In this document: one piece after another, positions 1-11,600 of the stretch
How positions within the stretch are numbered: position 1 is the stretch's first letter
Layout of the letters: every line of letters starts with the position of its first letter
Notes under the pieces: model-generated
What the model was told of the DNA's origin: nothing
What the model saw: the letters and a program-made list of their open reading frames with translations, nothing else
Databases searched by the model: none
Made by a program: the position numbers and the translations under genes
NCBI GenBank assembly: GCA_963931515.1
Contig: OZ007022.1
Span: 1,408,327 to 1,472,326 of the forward strand
Reading direction: 5' to 3'
DNA length: 64,000 nt
Source of the DNA: an uncultured Bacilli bacterium
Lineage (GTDB): Bacteria > Bacillota_I > Bacilli_A > RF39 > UBA660

Positions 1-2
1 GA

Positions 3-164
3 ATTTTAGATTCTAGTTTTCAAAGTCATTTAATTAATGCGAAGAAAAATGACATTACGAAAGATGAGATGGCTGAGATTTTGACTCATGCAGCTTTTTA
101 TGCTGGATGGCCAAATGCTTGGGCAGCTTTTAGAATGGCAAAGGAGGTTTATAAAGATGAATAA
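3..164 (+). CDS. carboxymuconolactone decarboxylase (CMD/AhpD-like) family protein, C-terminal fragment cut by window edge
   Basis: Frame 3 is open from the window edge. The tail ...EILTHAAFYAGWPNAWAAFRMAKEVYKDE* looks like a CMD-family C-terminus. The stop overlaps the next start (ATGAATAA). Confidence 0.55.
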   Translation: MLDSSFQSHLINAKKNDITKDEMAEILTHAAFYAGWPNAWAAFRMAKEVYKDE

Positions 165-585
165 AGAAGAATTTGAAAAGGTAAATGTATTTGGATTAGG
201 TAAACCTAATGATGCTTTTGCACAGTATTTTATTGGCCAAAGTTATTTGAATCCATTAACTGATTCAAAAGAGACAAGTTTATTTTTAGCTAATGTTACT
301 TTTGAACCAGGATGTAGAAATAATTGGCACATACATCATGCTTCTAAGGGTGGTGGACAATTATTGATATGTACTGCTGGATATGGATGGTATCAAGAGG
401 AAGGTAAAGAAGCTATTTCTCTAGAACCTGGTAAAGTTATTACAATACCTGCTAATGTAAAGCATTGGCATGGGGCTAAAAAAGATTCGTGGTTTAGTCA
501 TATAGCTATCGAGGTGCCTGGTGAGGATACTTCAAATGAATGGTTAGAGTCTGTTAGTGATGAAGAATATGACAAATTAGGTTAA
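157..585 (+). CDS. cupin domain protein
   Basis: ATG 157 lies behind AAGGAGG (141-147). Cupin His motifs NWHIHH...VKHWHG are present. The ORF-track start at 88 lies in the upstream gene. Confidence 0.8.
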   Translation: MNKEEFEKVNVFGLGKPNDAFAQYFIGQSYLNPLTDSKETSLFLANVTFEPGCRNNWHIHHASKGGGQLLICTAGYGWYQEEGKEAISLEPGKVITIPANVKHWHGAKKDSWFSHIAIEVPGEDTSNEWLESVSDEEYDKLG

Positions 586-612
586 TACCTAATTTTTTGA
601 TATAATTTTATT

Positions 613-1491
613 ATGATATTAAATGTTAGTGGTAGAACAGATATAGTAGCTTTTTATAGCAAGTGGTTTATGAATAGATATAAAGAAGGTTATTTGGATG
701 TGCGTAATCCTTTTTATCCTAAATTTGTTAGTAGGATATATTTTGATGATGTGGATTTAATTGTGTTTTGTACTAAAAATCCTTTGCCTATTTTAAGTTT
801 TTTAGATAAGATTGATAAGCCAATTATTTTTCATGTGACTTTAACGCCTTATGGTAAGGATATCGAACCTAATGTGATGCCTAAAGGTAAAATTATAGAA
901 GCTATAAAAAGATTATCTAAAATAGTTGGTGTGGATAATGTATATGTAAGATATGATCCTATTTTAATAAATGATAAGTATGATGTTAATTTTCATATTA
1001 AAGCTTTTGAAAGTTTATGTATTAAACTTAATGGGTATATAAAACATATTATTGTGTCTTTTGTTGATGATTATAAAAATGTTAGAAATAATATGTATGT
1101 TTTAAAATTAAAAAAAATTGATGCTAGTATTTATAAAATTATTGGACAAAATTTTAGTAGGATTGCGAGAGAAAATGGAATGACTGTTCAAACTTGTTTT
1201 GAGAAAAATGATTTATCATGTTATGGTTTTATTTCTAGTCCTTGTGTTTCTAGGGAACTTGCACTTAGTTTGACTGGTAAGAAGTTTCCAAAATGGAAGG
1301 CTAGGGATTGTGGGTGCGCAGAGATGGTTGATATTGGAGTTTATAATACATGTAGTCATTTTTGTAAGTATTGTTATGCAAATTATGATGAGAAAAAGGT
1401 AAATGCAAATATTAAAAATCATGATGATGCTTCTTCATTGTTAGTTGGCTATTTGAATGATGATGATGAGATTAAAATAAGAAGGAATTAA
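613..1491 (+). CDS. DUF1848 domain protein
   Basis: The N-terminus SGRTDIVAFYSKWFMNRYKEGYLDVRNPF and the C-terminal Cys cluster CSHFCKYCYA match my recollection of the DUF1848 family. Confidence 0.65.
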   Translation: MILNVSGRTDIVAFYSKWFMNRYKEGYLDVRNPFYPKFVSRIYFDDVDLIVFCTKNPLPILSFLDKIDKPIIFHVTLTPYGKDIEPNVMPKGKIIEAIKRLSKIVGVDNVYVRYDPILINDKYDVNFHIKAFESLCIKLNGYIKHIIVSFVDDYKNVRNNMYVLKLKKIDASIYKIIGQNFSRIARENGMTVQTCFEKNDLSCYGFISSPCVSRELALSLTGKKFPKWKARDCGCAEMVDIGVYNTCSHFCKYCYANYDEKKVNANIKNHDDASSLLVGYLNDDDEIKIRRN

Positions 1492-1729
1492 TTTACACTT
1501 TATTTACATTTTTCTATTTTATTTTATTATTTTTTTAAAATGTTACTTTTTGCTCCTTGAAATAATTTTATAATTTTTTGATAGTTTCTTTATATTTTTG
1601 AAAAAATATGATATTTTGATATGTAAGGTAATAAAGTGTAAAAATATGTTGTTTAATTTTTACTGATTCGCTATTTGTGGGGTATTAAAATTGTATATAT
1701 TTTGATATCCTTTTTTTGAGGTGAGAAAA

Positions 1730-2875
1730 ATGGATACTTTAAAAATTGGTAAATTTATTGCACGTATGCGAAATGAAAAAAAGATGACACAAGAAGAATT
1801 GGCTAAGATTTTAGGCGTAACTAATAAAACAGTATCGAGATGGGAAAATGGAAATTATATGCCTGATTTATCTTTGTTAAAACCACTTAGTGAAGTTCTA
1901 GGGGTTAGTTTAAATGAACTATTAAGTGGAGAAAAAGATATTACTTTTCAGAAGGCTGATGAAAATATTTCTAATATTACTAATTATTCTAATTTAGTAA
2001 TTAGTAAGGTTTTAAAGAATATTTATGTTGCTATAATGTTTTTTGGGTTATTTTTGATTATATCGGCTTTGCTTGTTACTTCACCAGAGAGTAGTTGGGG
2101 AGCAATTTATACTGCTATTGGACTTTGTATGTTTATAATTTGTTTTAATAGATGTTTAAAAAAGTATAAAATTATTTGGCAGTGGGTTTTGACTTTAGGG
2201 GTTACTATTTTGAGTTTAGGGTGTTTATTATTTTTTGATTATGTGAATGTTATAGAGAATAATAGTGTTCCTAGGTTTAGATTGTCGGTTACTTATACTA
2301 GTGAAGATGTATTAGAATATAATACTTTGTTTTATAAGGTATTTAGAATAAATCATGACACTCCAAATGAATATTATATTGTGGATAATTCAAAAAAATA
2401 TAATGTTTTTACAGTCCCAAAAAGTCCTTTTAATAGAAGTGTTAGTGGTATAGATAACATTATTAAATATAAAAGTAAATATGTTGGCGATAATAGTAAT
2501 ACAGGTAATTTACTTAATTCTTTACCGCTTGCAAATTATGGTTATGTGTTTGAAATTGATAATACTAATTTGAAAATAGATTATTATATGACAGATTGGT
2601 ATTATAATGATGATTTATATGTTGATAAAGCTTTAATATATAATAGTATTTCTTTGTTTAGTTTAATTGATAATTTGGATAATATTACTTATAATTTTAG
2701 TGGTTCATCTTATTATGTAAGTAGGAGTAATATTGTGGAAAATTATCCTAAGTATTCTAAAATAGTATATAATAGTGAAATAAATAAAAATAGTTTTAAT
2801 GAGTATGTAGAAAAAGTTTTGAATGATAGTAATTTTGTAAAAGAGTATTTTGATAAAATAATTAAAAAAAACTGA
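1730..2875 (+). CDS. XRE-family HTH membrane protein with DUF4825-like C-terminal domain
   Basis: ATG 1730 follows GAGGTGA. The N-terminal Cro/C1 HTH reads MTQEELAKILGVTNKTVSRWENG. Central TM helices are followed by a C-terminal KYVGDNSNTGNLLNSLPL motif typical of DUF4825. Confidence 0.7.
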   Translation: MDTLKIGKFIARMRNEKKMTQEELAKILGVTNKTVSRWENGNYMPDLSLLKPLSEVLGVSLNELLSGEKDITFQKADENISNITNYSNLVISKVLKNIYVAIMFFGLFLIISALLVTSPESSWGAIYTAIGLCMFIICFNRCLKKYKIIWQWVLTLGVTILSLGCLLFFDYVNVIENNSVPRFRLSVTYTSEDVLEYNTLFYKVFRINHDTPNEYYIVDNSKKYNVFTVPKSPFNRSVSGIDNIIKYKSKYVGDNSNTGNLLNSLPLANYGYVFEIDNTNLKIDYYMTDWYYNDDLYVDKALIYNSISLFSLIDNLDNITYNFSGSSYYVSRSNIVENYPKYSKIVYNSEINKNSFNEYVEKVLNDSNFVKEYFDKIIKKN

Positions 2876-2935
2876 ATTTGACAAATTTTTTTGATGTTAT
2901 ATAATATACCTCGTATTCAGAAGGGGGGAATTATT

Positions 2936-3394
2936 ATGAAATTTAGTAAAATGGAAAGTAAAAATGTTTTGGGTCTATTTGATATTAAGAAAAAAGATAT
3001 TTCTGAAAATGAAAAGATAGTAAGTTTTGCTTCTGAGTATTGGGCAGATGCAATTATGAATGCTGGAAAAGGACAAATTAATTATCAAATGGGTAATGGT
3101 ATGATTGAGCTTAGTGAAAATGATATTGAGGCATTTAAGGAAGCATTTAATGATTATATATTGAAAATTTTTCCAACTAATGGGAATAAAATTATGCTTT
3201 GGACATCTGATGGTGAATATTTTGAAAGAGTGGGAACAGATGCTTATTTAAAGCAAATTATGAGTGATTGTAATTTACCGCTTACTTGTTTACCAAGTGA
3301 TGTAAGTATGAATATTTATAATAAAAGAATTGAACTTGAAGATGGTTATCAATGTAATGTTATTTACAGTTTAGAAGAAAAAAAAGTAAAATAA
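2936..3394 (+). CDS. hypothetical protein
   Basis: ATG 2936 follows AAGGGGGG. The ORF is intact but I recognise no family. Confidence 0.55.
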   Translation: MKFSKMESKNVLGLFDIKKKDISENEKIVSFASEYWADAIMNAGKGQINYQMGNGMIELSENDIEAFKEAFNDYILKIFPTNGNKIMLWTSDGEYFERVGTDAYLKQIMSDCNLPLTCLPSDVSMNIYNKRIELEDGYQCNVIYSLEEKKVK

Positions 3395-3422
3395 AAATGG
3401 ATTTTGATTAATCCATTTTTTA
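3393..3422. terminator. bidirectional rho-independent terminator between convergent genes
   Basis: AATGGATT (3396-3403) pairs with AATCCATT (3410-3417). The stem is flanked by an A-run upstream and a T-run downstream. Confidence 0.7.
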
Positions 3423-3433
3423 ATTTATTTGCT

Positions 3434-4459
3434 TTATTTATTTGGGTCTACCATAATTTTTACAGCATCATCGGTACCACTAGTTAATCTTTCATAAGCT
3501 TTTTGAACATCGGTTAATGGAACAATGTCATCGACAAATTTCATTACGTTGATTTTTTTATTAGCAATTAAGCTAATACAATCTTTAAATTCTTCTTTAG
3601 TATAAGCTATTGAACCTTTAATTGTAAGTTCTTTCATGACGGCTAAAATTGAAGCAAATTCAATTGGTTTTTGTGAAACTCCAACTAAAATAATGGTTCC
3701 TCCTGCTTTAACACTCATTAATTCACTGTCTACGGCTTTGGTATTTCCTGAGCAATCAATGACAATATCAAATCCATCAATTGTTTTAGTTATAACATTT
3801 TTTATAAAATTTGGGTCTTTAGCATCTAACCATTCATCGGCAACTTTTAATTTTACTGATTTTTTGCCTCTAGCTTCATTTGTTTCACTAACAGCAACGT
3901 ATTCAGCACCTTCTAATTTCGCAAACATGGCAGATACTAGACCTATTATTCCGCCACCAACAACTAATACTTTGTCACCAACTTTGATATTGGCTAGATG
4001 AACTGCGTGGAGTCCGACAGCAGTAGGTTCAACCATAGCACCTTCTTCTTCTTTAATATTATTTGGTAGTTTTAAAACCATGTCTGGTCTAACGGCGATT
4101 GTTGCAGTTAATCCACCAGGATTATCTAAAGAAAGTCCAACGGCATGTAACCACGTTTCGGCACAATATTGTGGATTTCCTGTTTCACAAGCTTCACAAT
4201 GACCACAAGGAGAAATAGGTAGTGCTGTGACTTTGTCACCAACTTTTAAATCATATCTGCTTCCTGAATCAACAACTTTTCCTGTGAATTCATGACCTAA
4301 GACCAATCCTTTAGGTTCACCGGCATCCCAATAATGAATATCAGAACCACATATACCTGTTTTTAAAATGTCAATTATTACTTTTTCTTTATCGGGTGTT
4401 GGTTTATCAATGTCTGTGATTTTAAATTTTTTTACATCTTCAATTATTGCAGCTTTCAT
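3434..4459 (-). CDS. zinc-dependent medium-chain alcohol/polyol dehydrogenase
   Basis: The catalytic Zn motifs GICGSDIHYW and GHEFTGKVV are present. So are the structural Zn cluster CGHCEACETGNPQYC and the Rossmann motif VVGGGIIG. Confidence 0.9.
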   Translation of the reverse strand: MKAAIIEDVKKFKITDIDKPTPDKEKVIIDILKTGICGSDIHYWDAGEPKGLVLGHEFTGKVVDSGSRYDLKVGDKVTALPISPCGHCEACETGNPQYCAETWLHAVGLSLDNPGGLTATIAVRPDMVLKLPNNIKEEEGAMVEPTAVGLHAVHLANIKVGDKVLVVGGGIIGLVSAMFAKLEGAEYVAVSETNEARGKKSVKLKVADEWLDAKDPNFIKNVITKTIDGFDIVIDCSGNTKAVDSELMSVKAGGTIILVGVSQKPIEFASILAVMKELTIKGSIAYTKEEFKDCISLIANKKINVMKFVDDIVPLTDVQKAYERLTSGTDDAVKIMVDPNK

Positions 4460-4585
4460 ATTTTACCTCCATTATAATTATACCATTTTTAAATAATGGT
4501 AGATAAATAATTTTTTTTACATTATGAAATTTTACTTTTTGTATACTAAAAGTAGTATGCTTTTATAAGCACACTACTTAAATGT

Positions 4586-5461
<876 letters not shown>

Positions 5462-5564
5462 TTATATCTAAAAAATCAATTTTATTTTTGAGATGTTCAG
5501 TATGTTGATTTTTAATGTTATATTATGCTAATATAAAGTAAATTTCAAAATATGTGGTGATAAA

Positions 5565-6089
5565 ATGCAAGTAATAGGTGATATTAAAGGAAAAATATAT
5601 GAAGATTTAGTAAGATATGCATCAAAAAGATGTGATGCAGTTATGTTTGTTTTTTCTAAAGTAGCTTTTAGAGACGAACAACTTTTATTGTTGGAAATTA
5701 CAAAAAATAAGGTAAAGGAACAACTGAAAGAATCAATTTTAAAAGTTAGAGAAGGTGATCATTGGGTTTTTACCGGTAGATCTTATTATCTTCCAGGTGA
5801 TGCCATAGATGCAACTGAAATACAATTTTATAAATTTGATGATACTTTAACTGATTTTCTATTAACAAATAAAAATTTGTATAATTGGTTAAATCCCAAT
5901 TATCCTGAAGATGTTGCCTTTTTTAAAGATGGGTATTGTTGGTTATATTCTGTGGCTCACGAGGATATTTGTGATATTTATTGTACTGATGAAGCTGAAT
6001 ATGATACTTTAAAAGAAATTGGTATTGAATTCTATGAAAATAAATTTGAACCGACTGCTAAAGGACAATTATATTTTGAACAGTATTAA
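5565..6089 (+). CDS. hypothetical protein
   Basis: Intact 174-aa ORF with a GTGGTGA RBS-like sequence upstream. No family recognised. Confidence 0.55.
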   Translation: MQVIGDIKGKIYEDLVRYASKRCDAVMFVFSKVAFRDEQLLLLEITKNKVKEQLKESILKVREGDHWVFTGRSYYLPGDAIDATEIQFYKFDDTLTDFLLTNKNLYNWLNPNYPEDVAFFKDGYCWLYSVAHEDICDIYCTDEAEYDTLKEIGIEFYENKFEPTAKGQLYFEQY

Positions 6090-6538
6090 TTTGCTTTATA
6101 TATAAAATTATTATGAAAGTAAGCAAAGTACAGTAATAGTTTATTTTGGCTTGTTTTTATTATGTAGTATATAGTTCAATAATAATAGATGTTTATTATG
6201 ATAAAGTATGGAAGAATTAAATTGTTATATAAATAAGATAAAATAAAATCAGTAAATAATCAAAGTAGTTCTTTAGATTTGAAAATTAATTTTGATAGAG
6301 TTTTAAGAAACTTAATCTAGTATAAAAGTAGATAGTTGTTTTATACTATTATAAATGATAAAATATCTAATAGCTTTAAAATTAATGTTATTTGATTCAA
6401 GTAATATTATTTAGTTGGTGTTTAGTAAGTTTGTGACTTTTTCGTGTTGCAAAGCTAAAAATAGTCAAAATTTGAGTAAAAAAATACTATTTTTTTGAAA
6501 TATATAGGCTGATAGTAATCATAATAAGGAGGGATTTT

Positions 6539-8488
6539 GTGTTCGATTTAGTATCTAAATTTGATCCTAGTGGAGATCAACCAGAAGCAATAGATGAACT
6601 TGTTAAAGGAGTAGAGGAAGGCAAGAAATTCCAAGTATTACTTGGTGCAACTGGTACTGGTAAGACTTTTACGATAGCTAATGTTATTCAAAAAACGCAA
6701 AAACCGACGCTTGTTTTAGCTCATAATAAGACACTAGCTGGACAGTTGTATGGGGAACTTAAGGAACTTTTCCCAAACAATCACGTGTGCTATTTTGTTA
6801 GTTATTATGATTATTACCAACCGGAAGCTTATGTCGCAAAAACCGACACTTATATTGAAAAAGATGCTTCTATTAATGATGAGATTGATGAACTTAGGCA
6901 TTATGCGACTGCGTCTTTGCTTGCGCATAAAGATGTTATAGTAGTGGCTTCTGTTTCTTGTATATATGGTATTGGAGAAATAGAGGATTATAAGAAAAAG
7001 GTTTTGTTTTTAAATGTTGGAGAAACTGTTGATAGAGATAAGATTATTGAAAAGTTAATTGAGATGCTTTATGAAAGAAATAATATTGATTTAAAGCGTG
7101 GTACTTTTAGAGTACACGGTGATGTTTTAGAAGTTGTTCCAATTGGTCAGCATTCTCATGGTATTAGAGTGGAATTTTTTGGTGATGAAATTGATAGAAT
7201 TAGTGAATTTGATTTAGTAACTGGAGCTTTAGTACATGATAAAAAAACTTATACATTATTTCCTGCAAGTCACTTTGTAACTAATGAAGGAAAATTAAAG
7301 ATTGCTATTGAAAATATTAAGAAAGAATTAGAGGAACAGTTGGATAAATTTCAGCGTGAAAATAAGTTGCTTGAGTATCAGAGATTGAAGGAAAGGACAA
7401 ATTATGATATTGAGATGCTTTCTGAGACTGGTTCTTGTAGGGGAGTTGAAAATTATTCGGCGCCACTTGCTTTGCGTAAACCTGGAGAGATGCCAACAAC
7501 TTTAATTGATTTTTTTGGTGATGATTTTTTATTGGTGGTTGATGAATCACATGTTACATTACCACAAGTTAAGGCAATGTATAATGGGGATAGAATGCGT
7601 AAGCAGGCGTTAGTTGATTATGGTTTTAGACTTCCTAGTGCCCTTGATAATAGACCACTTAAGTTTGAGGAATTTGAAGGAAAAATAAAGCAGGCTATTT
7701 TTGTTTCAGCGACGCCTGGTGATTATGAAATGGAAAAGGTTCATAATAAGGTTACTGAACAAATTATTAGACCAACTGGTTTATTAGATCCTAAAATTGA
7801 AGTTAAATCTACTAAAAATCAAATTGATGATTTGGTTAGTCAGATACATAAGCAGATTGAAAAGAATGAGCGTACTTTGATTACAACTTTAACAATAAGA
7901 ATGGCGGAAGAACTTTCTGTTTATTTGAAAAATTTAGATATAAAAGTTGCATATTTACATAATGAGATTAAAACTTTAGAGAGAATGCAGATTATTCATG
8001 ATTTAAGAGTTGGTAAATATGATGTGGTTGTTGGCATTAATTTGCTTCGTGAAGGTATTGATGTTCCAGAAGTTAGTTTAATAGCTATTATGGATGCGGA
8101 TAAACAAGGATTTTTACGTAGTGAGAGAAGTTTAATTCAAACGATTGGAAGAGCTGCACGTAATGCGAATGGTAGAGTTATTATGTATGCGGATGAAATT
8201 AGTTCAGCTATGGAAAGTGCTATAAAGGAAACTAATAGACGTAGACAGATTCAAGAAGCTTATAATAAAGAGCATGGTATAGTTCCAAAGACAATTATTA
8301 AAGAGATTCGTGAAGTTATTTCTAATAATTTTGAAGTTAATGATAAGAAAAAGAAGAAAATGAGTAAGAAAGAAAAAGAACATTTAATGATTAACTTAGA
8401 ACAGGAAATGAAAGAAGCAGCTAAAAATCTTGATTTTGAAAGGGCTATGGAACTTCGAGATGCTTTATTTGAGATGCAAAGTGAATAA
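6539..8488 (+). CDS. uvrB: excinuclease ABC subunit B
   Basis: GTG start follows AAGGAGGG. UvrB hallmarks are PSGDQPEAI, Walker [13 protein letters not shown], the helicase motifs and the C-terminal UVR domain ([11 protein letters not shown]). Confidence 0.97.
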   Translation: MFDLVSKFDPSGDQPEAIDELVKGVEEGKKFQVLLGATGTGKTFTIANVIQKTQKPTLVLAHNKTLAGQLYGELKELFPNNHVCYFVSYYDYYQPEAYVAKTDTYIEKDASINDEIDELRHYATASLLAHKDVIVVASVSCIYGIGEIEDYKKKVLFLNVGETVDRDKIIEKLIEMLYERNNIDLKRGTFRVHGDVLEVVPIGQHSHGIRVEFFGDEIDRISEFDLVTGALVHDKKTYTLFPASHFVTNEGKLKIAIENIKKELEEQLDKFQRENKLLEYQRLKERTNYDIEMLSETGSCRGVENYSAPLALRKPGEMPTTLIDFFGDDFLLVVDESHVTLPQVKAMYNGDRMRKQALVDYGFRLPSALDNRPLKFEEFEGKIKQAIFVSATPGDYEMEKVHNKVTEQIIRPTGLLDPKIEVKSTKNQIDDLVSQIHKQIEKNERTLITTLTIRMAEELSVYLKNLDIKVAYLHNEIKTLERMQIIHDLRVGKYDVVVGINLLREGIDVPEVSLIAIMDADKQGFLRSERSLIQTIGRAARNANGRVIMYADEISSAMESAIKETNRRRQIQEAYNKEHGIVPKTIIKEIREVISNNFEVNDKKKKKMSKKEKEHLMINLEQEMKEAAKNLDFERAMELRDALFEMQSE

Positions 8489-8516
8489 AGATTGGATATT
8501 TTCTAATCTTTATTTT
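8487..8516 (+). terminator. putative uvrB terminator
   Basis: AAAGATT (8487-8493) pairs with AATCTTT (8505-8511), followed by a T-rich run. The stem is weak. Confidence 0.45.
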
Positions 8517-8574
8517 CTTTTATCTTCTTTTGTTTCTTCTTTTGGAATATGCTATAATGTAGGTGGTGAAATAT

Positions 8575-9000
8575 ATGCATAAAGGTAAGTATAATTTTAT
8601 GAAGTTTATTGATTGGGTTATTCGAATTTTAGGTTATACAGTTATTTTGATGCTTATGACTTTGGTATTTAAGAATACTTTATATATTGATAATTCATGT
8701 TATGGTTTATGGTGTTTAGTGGCAGCAATTTTGATATATCTATTAAATAAAACAGTTAAACCTTTTTTGATATGGCTTACTATTCCAATTACAGGTATTA
8801 CCTTAGGTTTGTTTTATCCATTTATAAATTTAATAATTTTAAAAATAGTTAGCTTTATTTTGGGTGAACATTTTAGTATTTATGGTATTTGGTTTGCGGT
8901 GTTGGTGGCTATTTCAATTTCAGTACTTAATGTTATTTTGGATATGACATTTTTTAAAAGATTAACATTTAAGGAGGACAAACATGGAACCAATAATTAA
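8575..9000 (+). CDS. phage holin 4_2 / DUF360 family membrane protein (YvlD-like)
   Basis: ATG 8575 follows AGGTGGTGA. The product is a small protein with about 4 TM helices, in the conserved position upstream of lgt. Confidence 0.7.
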   Translation: MHKGKYNFMKFIDWVIRILGYTVILMLMTLVFKNTLYIDNSCYGLWCLVAAILIYLLNKTVKPFLIWLTIPITGITLGLFYPFINLIILKIVSFILGEHFSIYGIWFAVLVAISISVLNVILDMTFFKRLTFKEDKHGTNN

Positions 9001-9775
9001 TATAGGATTTATATCTATTCACTGGTATTCAATAATTTTATTTATAGCTATTTTGTTTGGTTCTAATTTAGCAATTAAAGAAGCAAAAAGACATGGCTTT
9101 GATGAAAATTTTATGGTTAATATACTTTTTTTAGTTGTTATTTTAGGTATTGTTGGTGCTAGAATTTATTATGTTATTTTTAATTTTGATTATTATAAAG
9201 ATAACTTGATAGAAATTTTTAAGGTTTGGAATGGTGGACTTGCGATTCACGGAGGAATTATTGCTGGGCTTATAACTATTGCCGTGATTTGTTATAAGAA
9301 AAAAGTTAGTTTGATTAAAATTTTGGATTATTTGGTTGTTGGACTTATTATAGCTCAGGCGATTGGTAGATGGGGTAATTTCTTTAATGGGGAAGCCCAT
9401 GGACCGGTTACAACACTTGCTTATTTGGAGAGTATTCATTTACCGCAGTTTATTATTGATGGTATGTATATAGGTGGTAATTATTATATTCCGACATTTT
9501 TGTATGAATCAATTTGGTGTTTAATTGGCTTTGTTATTATGCTTATTTTAAGAAGAAGAAAATTTATGAAAGTTGGTTATTTGACTAGTTTTTATTTAGT
9601 TTGGTATGGAATAGAAAGATTTTTTGTCGAAGGAATGCGAACTGATAGTTTAATGTTTTTGTCACTTAAAGTGGCACAATTGGTTTCTTTAGCGATGGTG
9701 ATTATTGGTATTATCTTATTTATATATAGTTTTAGAAAGAAAAAAGATTATGAAGGAGGCGCTTTAGATGAGTAA
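8984..9775 (+). CDS. lgt: prolipoprotein diacylglyceryl transferase
   Basis: Lgt signatures HWYSIILF, GARIYYV, WNGGLAIHGG and GRWGNFFNGEAHG are present. The RBS is AAGGAGG. Confidence 0.95.
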   Translation: MEPIINIGFISIHWYSIILFIAILFGSNLAIKEAKRHGFDENFMVNILFLVVILGIVGARIYYVIFNFDYYKDNLIEIFKVWNGGLAIHGGIIAGLITIAVICYKKKVSLIKILDYLVVGLIIAQAIGRWGNFFNGEAHGPVTTLAYLESIHLPQFIIDGMYIGGNYYIPTFLYESIWCLIGFVIMLILRRRKFMKVGYLTSFYLVWYGIERFFVEGMRTDSLMFLSLKVAQLVSLAMVIIGIILFIYSFRKKKDYEGGALDE

Positions 9776-10646
9776 GTGTGTCATTATTGGTGGTGGTCCG
9801 GCTGGTATGAATGCGGCTTTGTATTTGAAAAGGGCAGGTCTTGATGTTGTTATTATCGAGAAGGATGTTCCTGGTGGTGAAATGCTTAAGACAAATAAGA
9901 TAGAAAATTATTTGGGCTTTTCGGAAATTGATGGTGGTGAGCTTGCTTTAAAGATGAGCAAGCAGGTTAAAGATTTAGGTGTGACAATAATTAAAGATAA
10001 GGTTTTGAATGTAAGTAAAAAAGATAGATTTGAAATTGAAATGGAAAAGGATTCTATTAGTGCAGATTATGTGATAGTAGCAACTGGGAGAACACCTAGA
10101 AAATTGAATCTTGATGGTGAAGATAAACTTTTAAATAGGGGAATTAGTTATTGTGCAATTTGTGATGGTGCATTTTACCGTGGTCTAGATGTGGCTGTTG
10201 TTGGTGGAGGCGATAGTGCTTTAACTGAAGCTTTATATTTAGCTGATTTATGTAACAAAGTATATGTACTTGTACGTAAAGATTTAAGAGCTAATGAGAT
10301 TTTACAAAATAGAGTTAAAAATAAGGATAATATTGTGGTTATGAAAAATGTTCAGGTAAGCAGGCTTGGCTACGATGATAAGTTATCTAATATTGTTTTG
10401 GATAATGGAGAAAATATTACTTTAAATGGTTTATTTGTGGCAATAGGTGGAGTGCCTGAATTAGGATTTTTAAAGGACTTAGATATAGATATGCAAAATG
10501 GTTATATTAAAACTGATGATAGAATGGAGAGTAATATTAAGGGGTTATATGCGGTTGGTGATGTTAGATATAAAGATTTTTATCAAATTATTACGGCCGC
10601 TAGTGATGGTGCGGTGGCTGCACTTAGTATTAGAGAGGATGTTTAA
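9768..10646 (+). CDS. trxB: thioredoxin-disulfide reductase
   Basis: Contains the FAD motif GGGPAG, the redox CxxC (CAICDG) and the NADPH motif GGGDSA. Confidence 0.92.
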   Translation: MSKCVIIGGGPAGMNAALYLKRAGLDVVIIEKDVPGGEMLKTNKIENYLGFSEIDGGELALKMSKQVKDLGVTIIKDKVLNVSKKDRFEIEMEKDSISADYVIVATGRTPRKLNLDGEDKLLNRGISYCAICDGAFYRGLDVAVVGGGDSALTEALYLADLCNKVYVLVRKDLRANEILQNRVKNKDNIVVMKNVQVSRLGYDDKLSNIVLDNGENITLNGLFVAIGGVPELGFLKDLDIDMQNGYIKTDDRMESNIKGLYAVGDVRYKDFYQIITAASDGAVAALSIREDV

Positions 10647-11590
10647 TGATGAAAGTGGCAGTTTTAGGTGGAGGAACTGGTATGAGTCAGTTGCTTCGAG
10701 GACTTAAGAAGTTACCTTTTGATATTTCGGCGATTGTATCGGTGTGTGATGATGGTAGTAGTACTGGTAGACTTAGGGAAGAATTTCATACACCGGCGGT
10801 TGGTGATATTAGAAAAGTTTTAATTAGTTTGTCTGAAAATGAGGAAGAAATAAAGAAGTTATTTGATTATAGATTTAATACATCAAGTGATTTGGATGGT
10901 CATGCACTTGGAAATTTACTTTTAACTGGTGCGGCTGAAATTACTGGTAATGTATCTGATGGAATTGAACTTGTAAATTCACTTTTGAAGTTAAAAGGTA
11001 AGGTTATTCCCCTCACAGAGGATGATGTTACTTTGATGGGAAAGATGGCAAGTGGTAATGTAGTTATGGGCGAACACCTTATTACGGAATATGACGATAG
11101 GATAAAAGAGGTATATTATAAAAAAACACCAGAAGTTAATCCTGATGTTTTGAAAGCTATTCGAGAGGCGGATGCAATTATACTTAGTATGGGAAGTTTG
11201 TTTACGAGTATTATTCCTAATTTGCTTTGCCGTGAAGTTAAAAAAGAAATTGACAAGAGTAAGGCTAAAATTATTTATGTTTGTAATATTATGACGCAGC
11301 CTGGTGAAACAGATAATTTTACTGTTGGTGACCATGTGAAACTTTTAAATAAATATTTAGGTAAAAGAAAAATCGATGCGGTTATTTTAAATAATGGTGA
11401 GATTGATTCTAATATTGTTAAAAATTACGAAACTACAGAGCAAAAAGATTTGGTTAAGGCCAATTATGATGTTTTGAATAAGATGAATGTTCAAGTAATT
11501 GAAAATGATTATATTATGATTGAAAATGGAATGATTAGGCATAATACGCTTAGAGTAGCAATTGATATTCTTTCATATTTGCTTGATTAG
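10646..11590 (+). CDS. yvcK: gluconeogenesis factor YvcK (CofD-like, UPF0052)
   Basis: N-terminal VLGGGTGMSQLLRGLK. The yvcK-whiA synteny is conserved. Confidence 0.9.
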   Translation: MMKVAVLGGGTGMSQLLRGLKKLPFDISAIVSVCDDGSSTGRLREEFHTPAVGDIRKVLISLSENEEEIKKLFDYRFNTSSDLDGHALGNLLLTGAAEITGNVSDGIELVNSLLKLKGKVIPLTEDDVTLMGKMASGNVVMGEHLITEYDDRIKEVYYKKTPEVNPDVLKAIREADAIILSMGSLFTSIIPNLLCREVKKEIDKSKAKIIYVCNIMTQPGETDNFTVGDHVKLLNKYLGKRKIDAVILNNGEIDSNIVKNYETTEQKDLVKANYDVLNKMNVQVIENDYIMIENGMIRHNTLRVAIDILSYLLD

Positions 11591-11600
11591 AGGTGATTGT

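Noticed and set aside
6090-6538. The 450-nt AT-rich spacer upstream of uvrB, as a LexA (Cheo box) site or hidden gene
   Set aside because: I could not find a GAAC-N4-GTTC type box or any ORF with an RBS. It looks like plain AT-rich spacer. A formal motif scan would still be worthwhile.
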